From Methanobacteriota archaeon (lineage in GTDB: Archaea > Thermoplasmatota > Poseidoniia > Poseidoniales > Thalassarchaeaceae), in contig NZWD01000004.1 of the NCBI GenBank assembly GCA_002698225.1, forward strand, positions 20,090 through 84,089: 64,000 nt of DNA, written 5' to 3'. Within the stretch, counting starts at the first letter, position 1. The number at the start of each line of letters is the position of its first letter. The position numbers and the translations under genes were made by a program. Positions 11,087 to 19,770 of the stretch are shown in pieces. The notes below the pieces were generated by a model. That model saw only the letters and a program-made list of their open reading frames with translations. It made no database searches and was not told the origin of the DNA.

Positions 11087-11910
11087 TCCTCTTCACCTTC
11101 CCGTACCTGGGCCGATCCAGTCTTCCGACTACGGGCGAAAGATGACCTTCCTCCTGAGGAAACCCTGTTGCTGGCCGCCATTAGATCACGGAATCCGCCT
11201 CCCAACTCGCCGAATCCACTTTCCATTCTCTTTTGCCAGTGCTCGATGGCCGCATCAGACTGCTCAAAGAGCTCTCGTGCCCGGTCCATCTGTCTGCGAA
11301 TCTCGCGTAATTCTGCGGTCAGCAAGACCTTCTTATCATGCAGTGGTTGAGCCTTTGATACCGCTTCTAGCATCTTACTGTGAGCCCCATCTGCTTTACG
11401 ATATGACGATACCATATCCCTTCTGGAGTCTATGAATCTAGACATTTCCGGATTAGCATCCCTCCTCGATTTGAGCCATTTTTCGTTCTCCCCAAGGAGC
11501 TTCTTCCTACGGTCCAGAAGCTTTCTCTCCGATCGGTGATCCAGTGCCGAAGTCTGAATCTTATCTTCGATTTCCTCGAGTTCATCAAGCAACTTCTCCT
11601 TCTTCCAATTAGGATCTAGGTTGACCATGCCTCCTGTCTTAATCAGACTGTCTCTGGAATCCTTGACATCTCTGAGTAATTTCGTTGCCTTACTCTGCGA
11701 TAGATTCCTCTCTTCTTTGTACTTGGCGACCATGCCGTTAGCCTTGCGATGAGACTCAACAGCCCTTTTGACTCGTGGCTCTAGAGATTCCTCCTCAGCT
11801 TCGAGATTTCTGATGACGTTGGGGAGCTCTTGTTTGAGCACTTCGCGCCTTACTAGTAGGGCCTGCGCTAACTGCTCCGGACCTATCGCTAACAGCTCGT
11901 CGACCTCCAT
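11083..11910 (-). CDS. Archaeal coiled-coil protein (COG1340-like), paralogue 3
   Basis: Hinge LEEIEDKIQTSALDHRSERKLL; 4-nt overlap with next gene. Confidence 0.78.
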   Translation of the reverse strand: MEVDELLAIGPEQLAQALLVRREVLKQELPNVIRNLEAEEESLEPRVKRAVESHRKANGMVAKYKEERNLSQSKATKLLRDVKDSRDSLIKTGGMVNLDPNWKKEKLLDELEEIEDKIQTSALDHRSERKLLDRRKKLLGENEKWLKSRRDANPEMSRFIDSRRDMVSSYRKADGAHSKMLEAVSKAQPLHDKKVLLTAELREIRRQMDRARELFEQSDAAIEHWQKRMESGFGELGGGFRDLMAASNRVSSGGRSSFARSRKTGSAQVREGEEE

Positions 11911-12003
11911 GGCGTCCGGGGCACAGGAGAATCTGCATTAAAGGTCACTATGTGACCTTGGAAAGGGGTTTCCTTCATACATCGAATAACTACTAGGTGT
12001 ACG

Positions 12004-13560
12004 ATGGTTTACCGGGCACCAGCCAGCAGGGCGCTACTCGCAATCCTGTTTTCTCTATCTTTGCTAGCATCTCCTGTATCCGCAGATGGGGAGAAGATGT
12101 TCACGCCGGCTGGCTCTTCAGATGTAGCCATCTCTGGAGAGCCGATTCATGTTGGAGATGCTGTATTAGTATCAATTTTGGTCCATAATCAGGGCTCTGA
12201 GTCAGGATCTGTGAGGTTGGAGCTCACTGGCTCCGGCGGTGAAAATCTATCAGTAGGAACAGAGACTGAAATCAACCCCGGCTCTAGCAGGGAGGTCATT
12301 GCTGAATTCACTCCCTCGATTGCAGGACTGATGGATGTCAATTGGGAAGTGACCAGCGATGATGGAGGAGTCTCATCAGAACTCAAAGGAACATTTGAAC
12401 TCCAAGTAATAGAGAGCCAGTCTATATCTCTCACATTTGAATCGACAGTATGGACTCTGTCCGACGGTCTTGAATGCGATTTCACAATCACCCTTTCTGA
12501 AGGCAAATCCCGTCTAATTGAGGTATCCATCTCGTTACTTGGATCAGGAGAATCTACGATAGTGCAGAATTTCGAAATCTTACTGAACCCCGGCGTCCGT
12601 TCTTTGGAAGCATCCCTGGGGCAACCAGATATTACTGGGATTTCAATCACCGTGTCTGCCAAGGGATGGGGAATCGCCAATTCTCCTGCTAACCTCTCAT
12701 GGGACAATCCTGTATCTCCCCCCGTAGTATCGCCCTCAGTTTCAATTGGCCCCTATCAGCCCGAGTCTCCTAAGCCCGGAGACACCATATCAATGGATTA
12801 TACCCTTGCAAATTCGGGCGACTCCTCAACTCTACCAGGTACGCTGAGTTTCATCAGCAACTCTGATGGAGGGATGATTCTAGCTCAGATACCAGTCTCA
12901 GCAATCTCGGCAGGAGGATCTTCATCTGGCACAATAAGCATAGGTCCGTGGCCAGACTCTCGGGTGGTCGAGGCAGAATTAATCTGGTCTATGGCTGGTT
13001 CTTCGGCCATCAGCCCCCTCTCAATCTCCTCTGACATGCCTACAGATACGGGCCTAGAGCTACCCTTCGATGTCATGGCTGCAATCTATGGTGCCATAGT
13101 CGGTTTTGCCGTGGTCCTAGTTGGATTAATCGTACTAAGGGCAGTCTCTGAGCGCACCCCTAGCACTGAGTCTGAGGATAGTGTGCTTAGAGAATCGCGC
13201 ATATCTATGAGACAGGAGTCGTCGTCAGAGAAAATTGAGGTTCCATGCCCGAGTTGCCAGCAGAGACTCAAGATTCCATTTTCTCACTCGGGGATGGTCA
13301 AATGCCCAGCCTGCAACAGTCAATTCCATACTTCTCCTCCTGAAGAAACGGAGAAATCTCAATCAAACCCTCCCAGTCAATCTGGTCCCGAGCCGGCAAC
13401 TCAATCCGATACCGCTTCTTCGATTGCCACCGTGGTATCTTCAGAGGATGAGCTCCCATGTCCCGAGTGCCAGCAGATGCTCAGAATACCAATAGATAGG
13501 AGACCAGTGCACTCTAGGTGCCCGGCGTGCAGGACCGAATTCCTGGCTGAAGTAGGGTGA
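12004..13560 (+). CDS. Secreted CARDB/Ig-like single-pass membrane protein with cytoplasmic zinc ribbons
   Basis: Signal peptide; VHNQG and LANSG CARDB-like strands; TM near aa 355-380; CPSC..CPAC and CPEC..CPAC. Confidence 0.8.
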   Translation: MVYRAPASRALLAILFSLSLLASPVSADGEKMFTPAGSSDVAISGEPIHVGDAVLVSILVHNQGSESGSVRLELTGSGGENLSVGTETEINPGSSREVIAEFTPSIAGLMDVNWEVTSDDGGVSSELKGTFELQVIESQSISLTFESTVWTLSDGLECDFTITLSEGKSRLIEVSISLLGSGESTIVQNFEILLNPGVRSLEASLGQPDITGISITVSAKGWGIANSPANLSWDNPVSPPVVSPSVSIGPYQPESPKPGDTISMDYTLANSGDSSTLPGTLSFISNSDGGMILAQIPVSAISAGGSSSGTISIGPWPDSRVVEAELIWSMAGSSAISPLSISSDMPTDTGLELPFDVMAAIYGAIVGFAVVLVGLIVLRAVSERTPSTESEDSVLRESRISMRQESSSEKIEVPCPSCQQRLKIPFSHSGMVKCPACNSQFHTSPPEETEKSQSNPPSQSGPEPATQSDTASSIATVVSSEDELPCPECQQMLRIPIDRRPVHSRCPACRTEFLAEVG

Positions 13561-13564
13561 TATT

Positions 13565-14221
13565 ATGATTGAGTTGAGCGAGTTCGAGGAGATGTATCTG
13601 AAAAGACTCTTCGAGGCCCATGCAGACGACCCCGCAATGATTGTGAAGACGACTAAACTGGCCGAAATGATGGATGTGAGTCCGGCTTCAACCACTGAGA
13701 TGATTCAGAGGCTCGCCAAGCGTAATCTAGTCACCCACGTACCCTACAAAGGCTGTAGACTGACTCCAGAAGGCTTTCAGCAGGCTGCGATGATTAAGCG
13801 CAGAGAAGGGCTGATAGAGATACTTCTTACTGAGGTAATCGGATATGAGGGAAGTGTCAATGAGGCTGCCTGTAAAATTGAGCATGCAATCGATGAGGAG
13901 TTAGAAATTGCCCTAGATCGCATGCTCGGTTACCCTGAGAAGACCCCTAGCGGCGACAGAATACCAGTCATAGAGAGACAAATTGAACCTATGCGAACTG
14001 GGCTACTAATTCCTCTCAGTGCGCTACCGATAGGTAGCAAGGCTACCATTGAGCTGATTGTCATGCGACCAACCGATTCACGTACAGTCGAGTTAGCCGG
14101 ACTTGGGGTTGGGACTGAGGTTGAGTCAAAGAGCGATGGAATCTACTCCTCAAATCAAAAGTTGGAGATGTCAAAATCAATGTCCCTGAGAATCCTCGCT
14201 AGGACCGAGCAGGTGATGTAA
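13565..14221 (+). CDS. DtxR/MntR-family metal-dependent transcriptional regulator with FeoA-like C-terminus
   Basis: EMYL, wHTH LAEMMDVSPASTTEMIQRL, YKGCRLT, ACKIEH, P-x-G-x-x-IP linker. Confidence 0.92.
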   Translation: MIELSEFEEMYLKRLFEAHADDPAMIVKTTKLAEMMDVSPASTTEMIQRLAKRNLVTHVPYKGCRLTPEGFQQAAMIKRREGLIEILLTEVIGYEGSVNEAACKIEHAIDEELEIALDRMLGYPEKTPSGDRIPVIERQIEPMRTGLLIPLSALPIGSKATIELIVMRPTDSRTVELAGLGVGTEVESKSDGIYSSNQKLEMSKSMSLRILARTEQVM

Positions 14222-15780
14222 TGGAGAACCAAGAAGATCTTGATTCTCTGGCCGATTCAATCGGTGATGTAGTTCTGCCAGCGCCGGAAATTCAAAATCA
14301 AGCCCCGATTGTTTCCGTTGAGAATGATAGAAGCAAGGACAGAATCAAACTACTTCGCTCCAGAGAGGAGATGCTACTGAGAATCGACAGAATGCTAATC
14401 AGCAGCGGAGCGAGATTAGTCCTCTTCCTGCCCCTAGTCGTGATTATTCTATACGGGCTTGCACAGGCGTTCTCGCAAGGTGACCCAGAATGGTGGACAA
14501 ACCACTTGGAATCTGTGGCTTGGGGCTCAGATATCTCCACTGCAATATACGGGCTTTCAATGCTGATGCTGATTGCAGATTCAGCAATGCTACTCTTGCT
14601 GTTCTGGCTCATGTCAATTACTCGATCAATCTTCTCAATGGAATCGAGTGAATTGACTAGGCTGGGCCTGACCTTCAAGAGCTCACATGGGTACGCTGAG
14701 ATGAGGGCCACGATTGATGGCGCCATCAGACAACTGGGTATCACAACGGCCCTAATTTCTCTTGCTGCGATATTGCTCGGAATCTCAATGTGGCTCCCTG
14801 AGGACAGCGCAGGAACGCCATTCATGCTCGCACTCTCAACTGGAGCCTTGCTCAGCGGCCACGGTGTGCACATGGTCTCAGAACGCTCTAGATTCAACAC
14901 TAGCGAGCCGTGGGGTATGCTGCAAGCCTTCTCACCGCCAATTCATCCCGCTCTGCTGAACCGCCCATTCACCGATGTAATTCGCGCACATGTCGACCCT
15001 CTGTTAGCAGTCAGGATGTCAGAGTACCTCTCTTCCATAGAACCCTCGATTAAGGAAGGCAGCAGTGTGAGGGAGTTGCAAGAGACTCTTCTACATCTAC
15101 TGTATCTCCGAAGATCTTCACTAATCGATGAGGATCTGTTCAGATCTGCTCTAGAGCCCATGCTCGATCCCCCAGCCATTGAGCGCCTGTTCAACCATCC
15201 AGAACTAGGCGAAGAGACATGGGATAGACTTCTATCAAGAGCACGCTCTCAATGCGCGCCTTTCTTCCGTATCCATGATCGCTTGAGGATGAGCAGGTCG
15301 GCTACCGAATCTACCGGCGAAGTCTGGCTGGATGTGGACATGGAGAACTTAGTAGTCGGTCAGGCCAACCTATTCGCATTTGTATTAAATCAAGGAGAAT
15401 CTCCACTGGATTTGGTACTTAGAGTCCAGACTCCAGATTTCAGACCCCAGGAATGTGTTTATCGGTTGAATGCAGAACCAATGAGGGTTGACTCCGAACC
15501 TGTCGGAGATGAACTCTACTCGGCTTTACCCGCGCTGATGTCCTCTACTCGGATAATCTGGCAGAGCTTGCTGCCTTCTGCCATGGGTGAGGCTACAGTT
15601 ACACTACGACTCGAGGACGAGGCTGGGAACCTAATTTCGGGGAGAGTATTGGCTGTTCAGGTACGCCCTGATTTGCTGACCCGGGTTAGAATGTCTCTTG
15701 GAGGATTGTTCATGTTCGGAGCAGCAATCGTAGTCATCTCACCATTTGTACCATTCCTGATCAATCTAGTAGGACTTTGA
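14221..15780 (+). CDS. Polytopic membrane protein with soluble helical and beta-sandwich domains
   Basis: About 4 N-terminal hydrophobic segments plus a C-terminal TM; 1-nt overlap with regulator stop. Confidence 0.75.
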   Translation: MENQEDLDSLADSIGDVVLPAPEIQNQAPIVSVENDRSKDRIKLLRSREEMLLRIDRMLISSGARLVLFLPLVVIILYGLAQAFSQGDPEWWTNHLESVAWGSDISTAIYGLSMLMLIADSAMLLLLFWLMSITRSIFSMESSELTRLGLTFKSSHGYAEMRATIDGAIRQLGITTALISLAAILLGISMWLPEDSAGTPFMLALSTGALLSGHGVHMVSERSRFNTSEPWGMLQAFSPPIHPALLNRPFTDVIRAHVDPLLAVRMSEYLSSIEPSIKEGSSVRELQETLLHLLYLRRSSLIDEDLFRSALEPMLDPPAIERLFNHPELGEETWDRLLSRARSQCAPFFRIHDRLRMSRSATESTGEVWLDVDMENLVVGQANLFAFVLNQGESPLDLVLRVQTPDFRPQECVYRLNAEPMRVDSEPVGDELYSALPALMSSTRIIWQSLLPSAMGEATVTLRLEDEAGNLISGRVLAVQVRPDLLTRVRMSLGGLFMFGAAIVVISPFVPFLINLVGL

Positions 15781-15819
15781 TTCAGGTCCATTCAAAGGTG
15801 ATGCCCTTGTGGTGCAACT

Positions 15820-16800
15820 GTGTCTGAAGACGGCTCTATCCAGAGTGATGACCTCAGGACCAGGCTGCACGCAATGGAGACTAAATTGCGTAGGATGCGT
15901 GAGCAGAGGGGCAATCACAACGAGAACGCCAAGAGGGCTGCGGATTCGAGAGACTCTGTGCAGAACCAGGGCAAGGAGCTAAGGGAACGAATCGGAGAGA
16001 GATTAGAGGCCCAGAAGGAAGTCAGAACTAGGGCCAAAACACATCAGGCCAAGCGTGACGAGATTCAGAAGCAGATTGGTGAATTAATCTCCCAGAAGAG
16101 AGGTAGGAAGAGAGATGGCGGGACCAAGTCAGTCGTGATTCAACTATCAGAGACCATTGGAGAGATTGATCGAATAGAGAACCAGATTATGACTGATGGA
16201 AACCTATCTCTCAAGAAGGAAAACCGCTTACTGAAGAAACTAAAAACTCTGATTTCGAAGAGGGACGAGTTAATGCCCGAGGTTCAGGAACTACAAGTCA
16301 TTGAAATCGATCTAGGCGATATGGAGGGCTCAATCCAACTTCTCCGTTCTGAGGCTGACGCTGAGCACAAAGCGATGCTTGAAGCCAACAAGGAGGCTGA
16401 TGAGATATGGGAAGAAGTCAAGCCAATGCTCGAGGAACGTGATTTCCTCAGAGCGGAGGGCGATAGGCTCCACGCTGCATTTGTCTCATCTAGAGAATCT
16501 GCAGACAATGTCCACTCTGGCATTAAGGAATTGTTAGATCAGGTCAATGAGATTCGTGATGAACTGAAGGCTCAGAGAGAGGAGAGAGAGCGGATTATCA
16601 GGGAACATAACGAATCTGTGAGAATGGCTACCAAGACTCCGGATGAAGACGAAGAGTTAGCCGACTCACTAACTGAGCAACTACTAGAGAGTGGCTCCAT
16701 CACTCTGGGTGGTACCAGGGCAGAAATCTCCGAGAGAGAATCTCCCCGCAAAAGGAAGAAGTCACGCAGACTGGGAACAACTAGGGGCAAGCGGGACTGA
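15820..16800 (+). CDS. Archaeal coiled-coil protein (COG1340-like), paralogue 4
   Basis: Heptads, hinge IDRIENQIMTDGNLSLKKENRLL, C-terminal LLESGSITL and basic tail. Confidence 0.82.
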   Translation: MSEDGSIQSDDLRTRLHAMETKLRRMREQRGNHNENAKRAADSRDSVQNQGKELRERIGERLEAQKEVRTRAKTHQAKRDEIQKQIGELISQKRGRKRDGGTKSVVIQLSETIGEIDRIENQIMTDGNLSLKKENRLLKKLKTLISKRDELMPEVQELQVIEIDLGDMEGSIQLLRSEADAEHKAMLEANKEADEIWEEVKPMLEERDFLRAEGDRLHAAFVSSRESADNVHSGIKELLDQVNEIRDELKAQREERERIIREHNESVRMATKTPDEDEELADSLTEQLLESGSITLGGTRAEISERESPRKRKKSRRLGTTRGKRD

Positions 16801-17793
16801 TTACCAACCACGCTCTTCCATTCGGACTTCGAGTTTGTCTATCTCCAAACCATCCATTGGTTTCCCTGCCATCATAGCAGAAGCCTCGGTGACCTTACTG
16901 GGATCATTAAAGTGATGAGTTGACATTACTATTGCTGAAGCAGTCGTGGCTGGATCCTCGGACTTGAAAATTCCTGATCCTACAAATACACCGTCCATCC
17001 CGTGACGCATCAACAGGGCTGCATCGGCTGGTGTAGCTATTCCTCCTGCAGAAAATGTCACGACAGGTAATCTCCCCATCTCCTTCACTTCTCCCAGAAC
17101 TTCCACGATGGCATCGTGACAAGCATCCATGCTTCCAAAGGGCGTGTTTTCGACAATGAGTTCATGCTCACTGGCTTGCTCTATTCTACGGAAGCCGTCG
17201 GACATCTTGCGAGCCATGACCTCAAACTCAACATCGTTTGCACTCTGTAGAAGAGCAATCTCCTGAGATACCAACCTAGCGTGTTGGATAGCACTGACGA
17301 CATTTCCCGTTCCGGCTTCCCCCTTGGTGCGAATCATCGCTGCACCTTCCATGATTCTTCTGCATGCCTCGCCTAGGCTAGTACATCCACAAACAAATGG
17401 AATGGTGAATTCATTCTTGGTTATGTGATAGAAAGGATCTGCCGGAGTTAGTACTTCGCTCTCATCCACCATGTCGACACCGAGTTCTTGGAGGACACGA
17501 GCCTCTTCGTCATGTCCAATCCTAGCCTTTGCCATTACAGGGATACTGGTGGTCTCAATAATTCCTCTGATTAGTTTTGGGTGGCTCATTCTAGCCACGC
17601 CTCCATCAGACCTGATGTCTGCAGGTACCCTTTCGAGGGCCATTACTGCTGTTGCACCTGCATCTTCAGCGATGTGAGCTTGCTCAGGAGTGACGACATC
17701 CATTATGACGCCACCCTCCTGCATCTTGGCGAAACCTCTCTTTAGCAACTCAGTGCCATGTCTCATCTTGTTGAGGTCTACCAGTCTGGCCAC
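16801..17793 (-). CDS. pdxS: Pyridoxal 5'-phosphate synthase lyase subunit PdxS
   Basis: [46 protein letters not shown]. Confidence 0.96.
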   Translation of the reverse strand: MARLVDLNKMRHGTELLKRGFAKMQEGGVIMDVVTPEQAHIAEDAGATAVMALERVPADIRSDGGVARMSHPKLIRGIIETTSIPVMAKARIGHDEEARVLQELGVDMVDESEVLTPADPFYHITKNEFTIPFVCGCTSLGEACRRIMEGAAMIRTKGEAGTGNVVSAIQHARLVSQEIALLQSANDVEFEVMARKMSDGFRRIEQASEHELIVENTPFGSMDACHDAIVEVLGEVKEMGRLPVVTFSAGGIATPADAALLMRHGMDGVFVGSGIFKSEDPATTASAIVMSTHHFNDPSKVTEASAMMAGKPMDGLEIDKLEVRMEERGW

Positions 17794-17840
17794 ATCATAG
17801 CCTCGGGCCAGTACCTCAAGAACCCTTGTGCAGGCCCGAT

Positions 17841-18119
17841 TCAGGAATCAGCCAGCACAGGAGAGTCACCTTCTGCAATAGGCAGGTTGGGGGCCTCATC
17901 CTCATTCTTGTCCAACCAACTGAGCTCCTCATCCGGAAGATCGGTGTCAGCGTAAATCGCTTCGACTGGACATTCGGGGACGCAAGCAGCGCAGTCAATG
18001 CACTCGTCAGCGTCGATTACTAAGTAATCATCAGCTTCTCTGAAACACTCTACGGGACAAACCGCAACACAATCCTGATATTTGCACTTTACACAAGCAC
18101 TGGTCACTACATGAGTCAT
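17841..18119 (-). CDS. fdxA: 7Fe ferredoxin (FdxA type)
   Basis: [18 protein letters not shown] and [12 protein letters not shown]. Confidence 0.9.
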   Translation of the reverse strand: MTHVVTSACVKCKYQDCVAVCPVECFREADDYLVIDADECIDCAACVPECPVEAIYADTDLPDEELSWLDKNEDEAPNLPIAEGDSPVLADS

Positions 18120-18168
18120 GTCTATCGAACTCTGGTGAATACAGATTGCATATCAACGCTTGTATGAA

Positions 18169-18609
18169 TCATGCTTTTTCTATTAGTTCATGAATCAATC
18201 CGGTAGCTACCGACTCTACTTCTTGACCGGGATAGGACTCTACCTTGAAACATCCTTTCGCAGTAGCCTCTGAGCTATCATCGCTCACTATTGTGACTTC
18301 CCCACAGACCAATTCTGCTAGAGAGATTCTGATGTGCAGAACCTTGTCTTCGTCTAGTCTGTTTGAGATTCCATTTTCTAGTAGGTTCCGTAACCCTTCT
18401 CCTCCCAATCTGGAAAGCGAATACGCAGATGCCTTCCTACCTGAGATGCTAGCCTCAATGATAGTCTGCTCTGAACCATGCCAAGATTTGCCTTTCTCCA
18501 TGTTGACTTCACATCCTTCACCAGTCAGCCAGCGCAAACCCTGCTCAATAAGGGAGACATCATCGACAGCGCTGGCATGCACTCTCCAGCGTGCGCTATG
18601 CAGTCCCAT
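18169..18609 (-). CDS. Predicted RNA-binding protein (COG1325-like)
   Basis: HASAVDD, G-x-x-x-HG, RLDEDKVLHIRI, KVESYPG pattern of this archaeal family. Confidence 0.75.
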   Translation of the reverse strand: MGLHSARWRVHASAVDDVSLIEQGLRWLTGEGCEVNMEKGKSWHGSEQTIIEASISGRKASAYSLSRLGGEGLRNLLENGISNRLDEDKVLHIRISLAELVCGEVTIVSDDSSEATAKGCFKVESYPGQEVESVATGLIHELIEKA

Positions 18610-18743
18610 GGTTGGAGCAGAAAAGCCCTCGACTTAATGCTCTCCTGCCGCAGCATCCACATTCCTTCGAGGCTTTGGTTCATATACTCGGGGTAGGTGG
18701 CACGGCCCGCATACGAGGTAGCCCTCGGCAGGAGTCCAATGTC

Positions 18744-19766
18744 ATGGCAAAGGGAGCAGCAGCCAGGGCAGCGGCACGCAGGCAGCGCGACAAGTGGAAG
18801 TCGAAGCGTTGGTACAGCATCAGAGCCCCTAGGAACCCCTGGGCATTCAAGATCATCGGCGAGACCATGGCCGAAGAAGAAGAGATGCTCCTCGGGCGAC
18901 ATTATGAGATTCTACAGTACGAGTTGGACGGCGATTTCTCCAAGATGAATGTCAAGGTCCAATTCAGAATCCACGATGTCATAGGCTCAGATGCACTAAC
19001 TGAGTATATCGGGCACGAGCTTCTGAAGGATCATATCCGCAGACAGGTCCGTAGAGACCGAGGCAAGATTGACGATACTGTTGATCTAGTTACCAAGGAC
19101 GGCTATTATATCAGAGTCAAGCCGATGATGATTACACGCAACAAAATCAAGGCTAGCCAGAAACAAGAGATTAGATCTCAGGCTAGAGATTTGATAATCA
19201 AGTTCGGTGCCACCACCACATGGGTCGACATGCAAAAAGCAACTCTCGATGGAACTCTCGAGACGCAGATTCGAGAGATTGCATCCAAGATCCAACCCGT
19301 TAGGGATGTCATGATTAGGAGAGTGCAACTAATCCAATCTGGCGTTGAAGTCGGTGACGGACCTACTCTCGAGGAGATAATCTCCCAGGAGGAAGAGGTC
19401 AAGCAGGCCGAGACTGTTGAAGAAGACTCAGAGGGAATCTTAGAGACTATTTCGGATGCTGTGGATGATGTGGTCGACGAAATTAAGGAGGCTGCTACAG
19501 AGGTAGCCGGCGAACTAGCCATAGGTTCGGGCACGACAGCAGTTGATGCGGCCGTCGAAGGTACAATTGAGATAGCCGAAGAAGTGGTCGAATCCGTAAA
19601 AGAAGTCGCTGAGGCTGTGAAAGAGGAAGTCTCCGAGACTATCAGCGGAGACTCAGATACTGACTACGAGTCGATGACGGTCGCCGAATTGAAGGTTCTA
19701 CTGAAGGACGCCGGCAAACCGGTCTCGGGCAAGAAGGCCGAGCTGATTGAGCGCCTCAAGGAGTGA
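18744..19766 (+). CDS. rps3ae: 30S ribosomal protein S3Ae (eS1) with acidic linker and C-terminal SAP-like domain
   Basis: RDKWKSKRWYSIRAP, TKDGYYIRVK; tail YESMTVAELKVLLKDAGKPVSGKKAELIERL; start chosen at ATG 18744 after GGAG. Confidence 0.93.
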   Translation: MAKGAAARAAARRQRDKWKSKRWYSIRAPRNPWAFKIIGETMAEEEEMLLGRHYEILQYELDGDFSKMNVKVQFRIHDVIGSDALTEYIGHELLKDHIRRQVRRDRGKIDDTVDLVTKDGYYIRVKPMMITRNKIKASQKQEIRSQARDLIIKFGATTTWVDMQKATLDGTLETQIREIASKIQPVRDVMIRRVQLIQSGVEVGDGPTLEEIISQEEEVKQAETVEEDSEGILETISDAVDDVVDEIKEAATEVAGELAIGSGTTAVDAAVEGTIEIAEEVVESVKEVAEAVKEEVSETISGDSDTDYESMTVAELKVLLKDAGKPVSGKKAELIERLKE

Positions 19767-19770
19767 TTCA

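Noticed and set aside
17100-17250. ~35-aa insertion in PdxS and no adjacent pdxT
   Set aside because: Similar inserts occur in archaeal PdxS and pdxT is often unlinked
18591-18743. 51-aa N-terminal extension of S3Ae in the ORF track
   Set aside because: Overlaps the divergent gene start and promoter; homology and SD support ATG 18744
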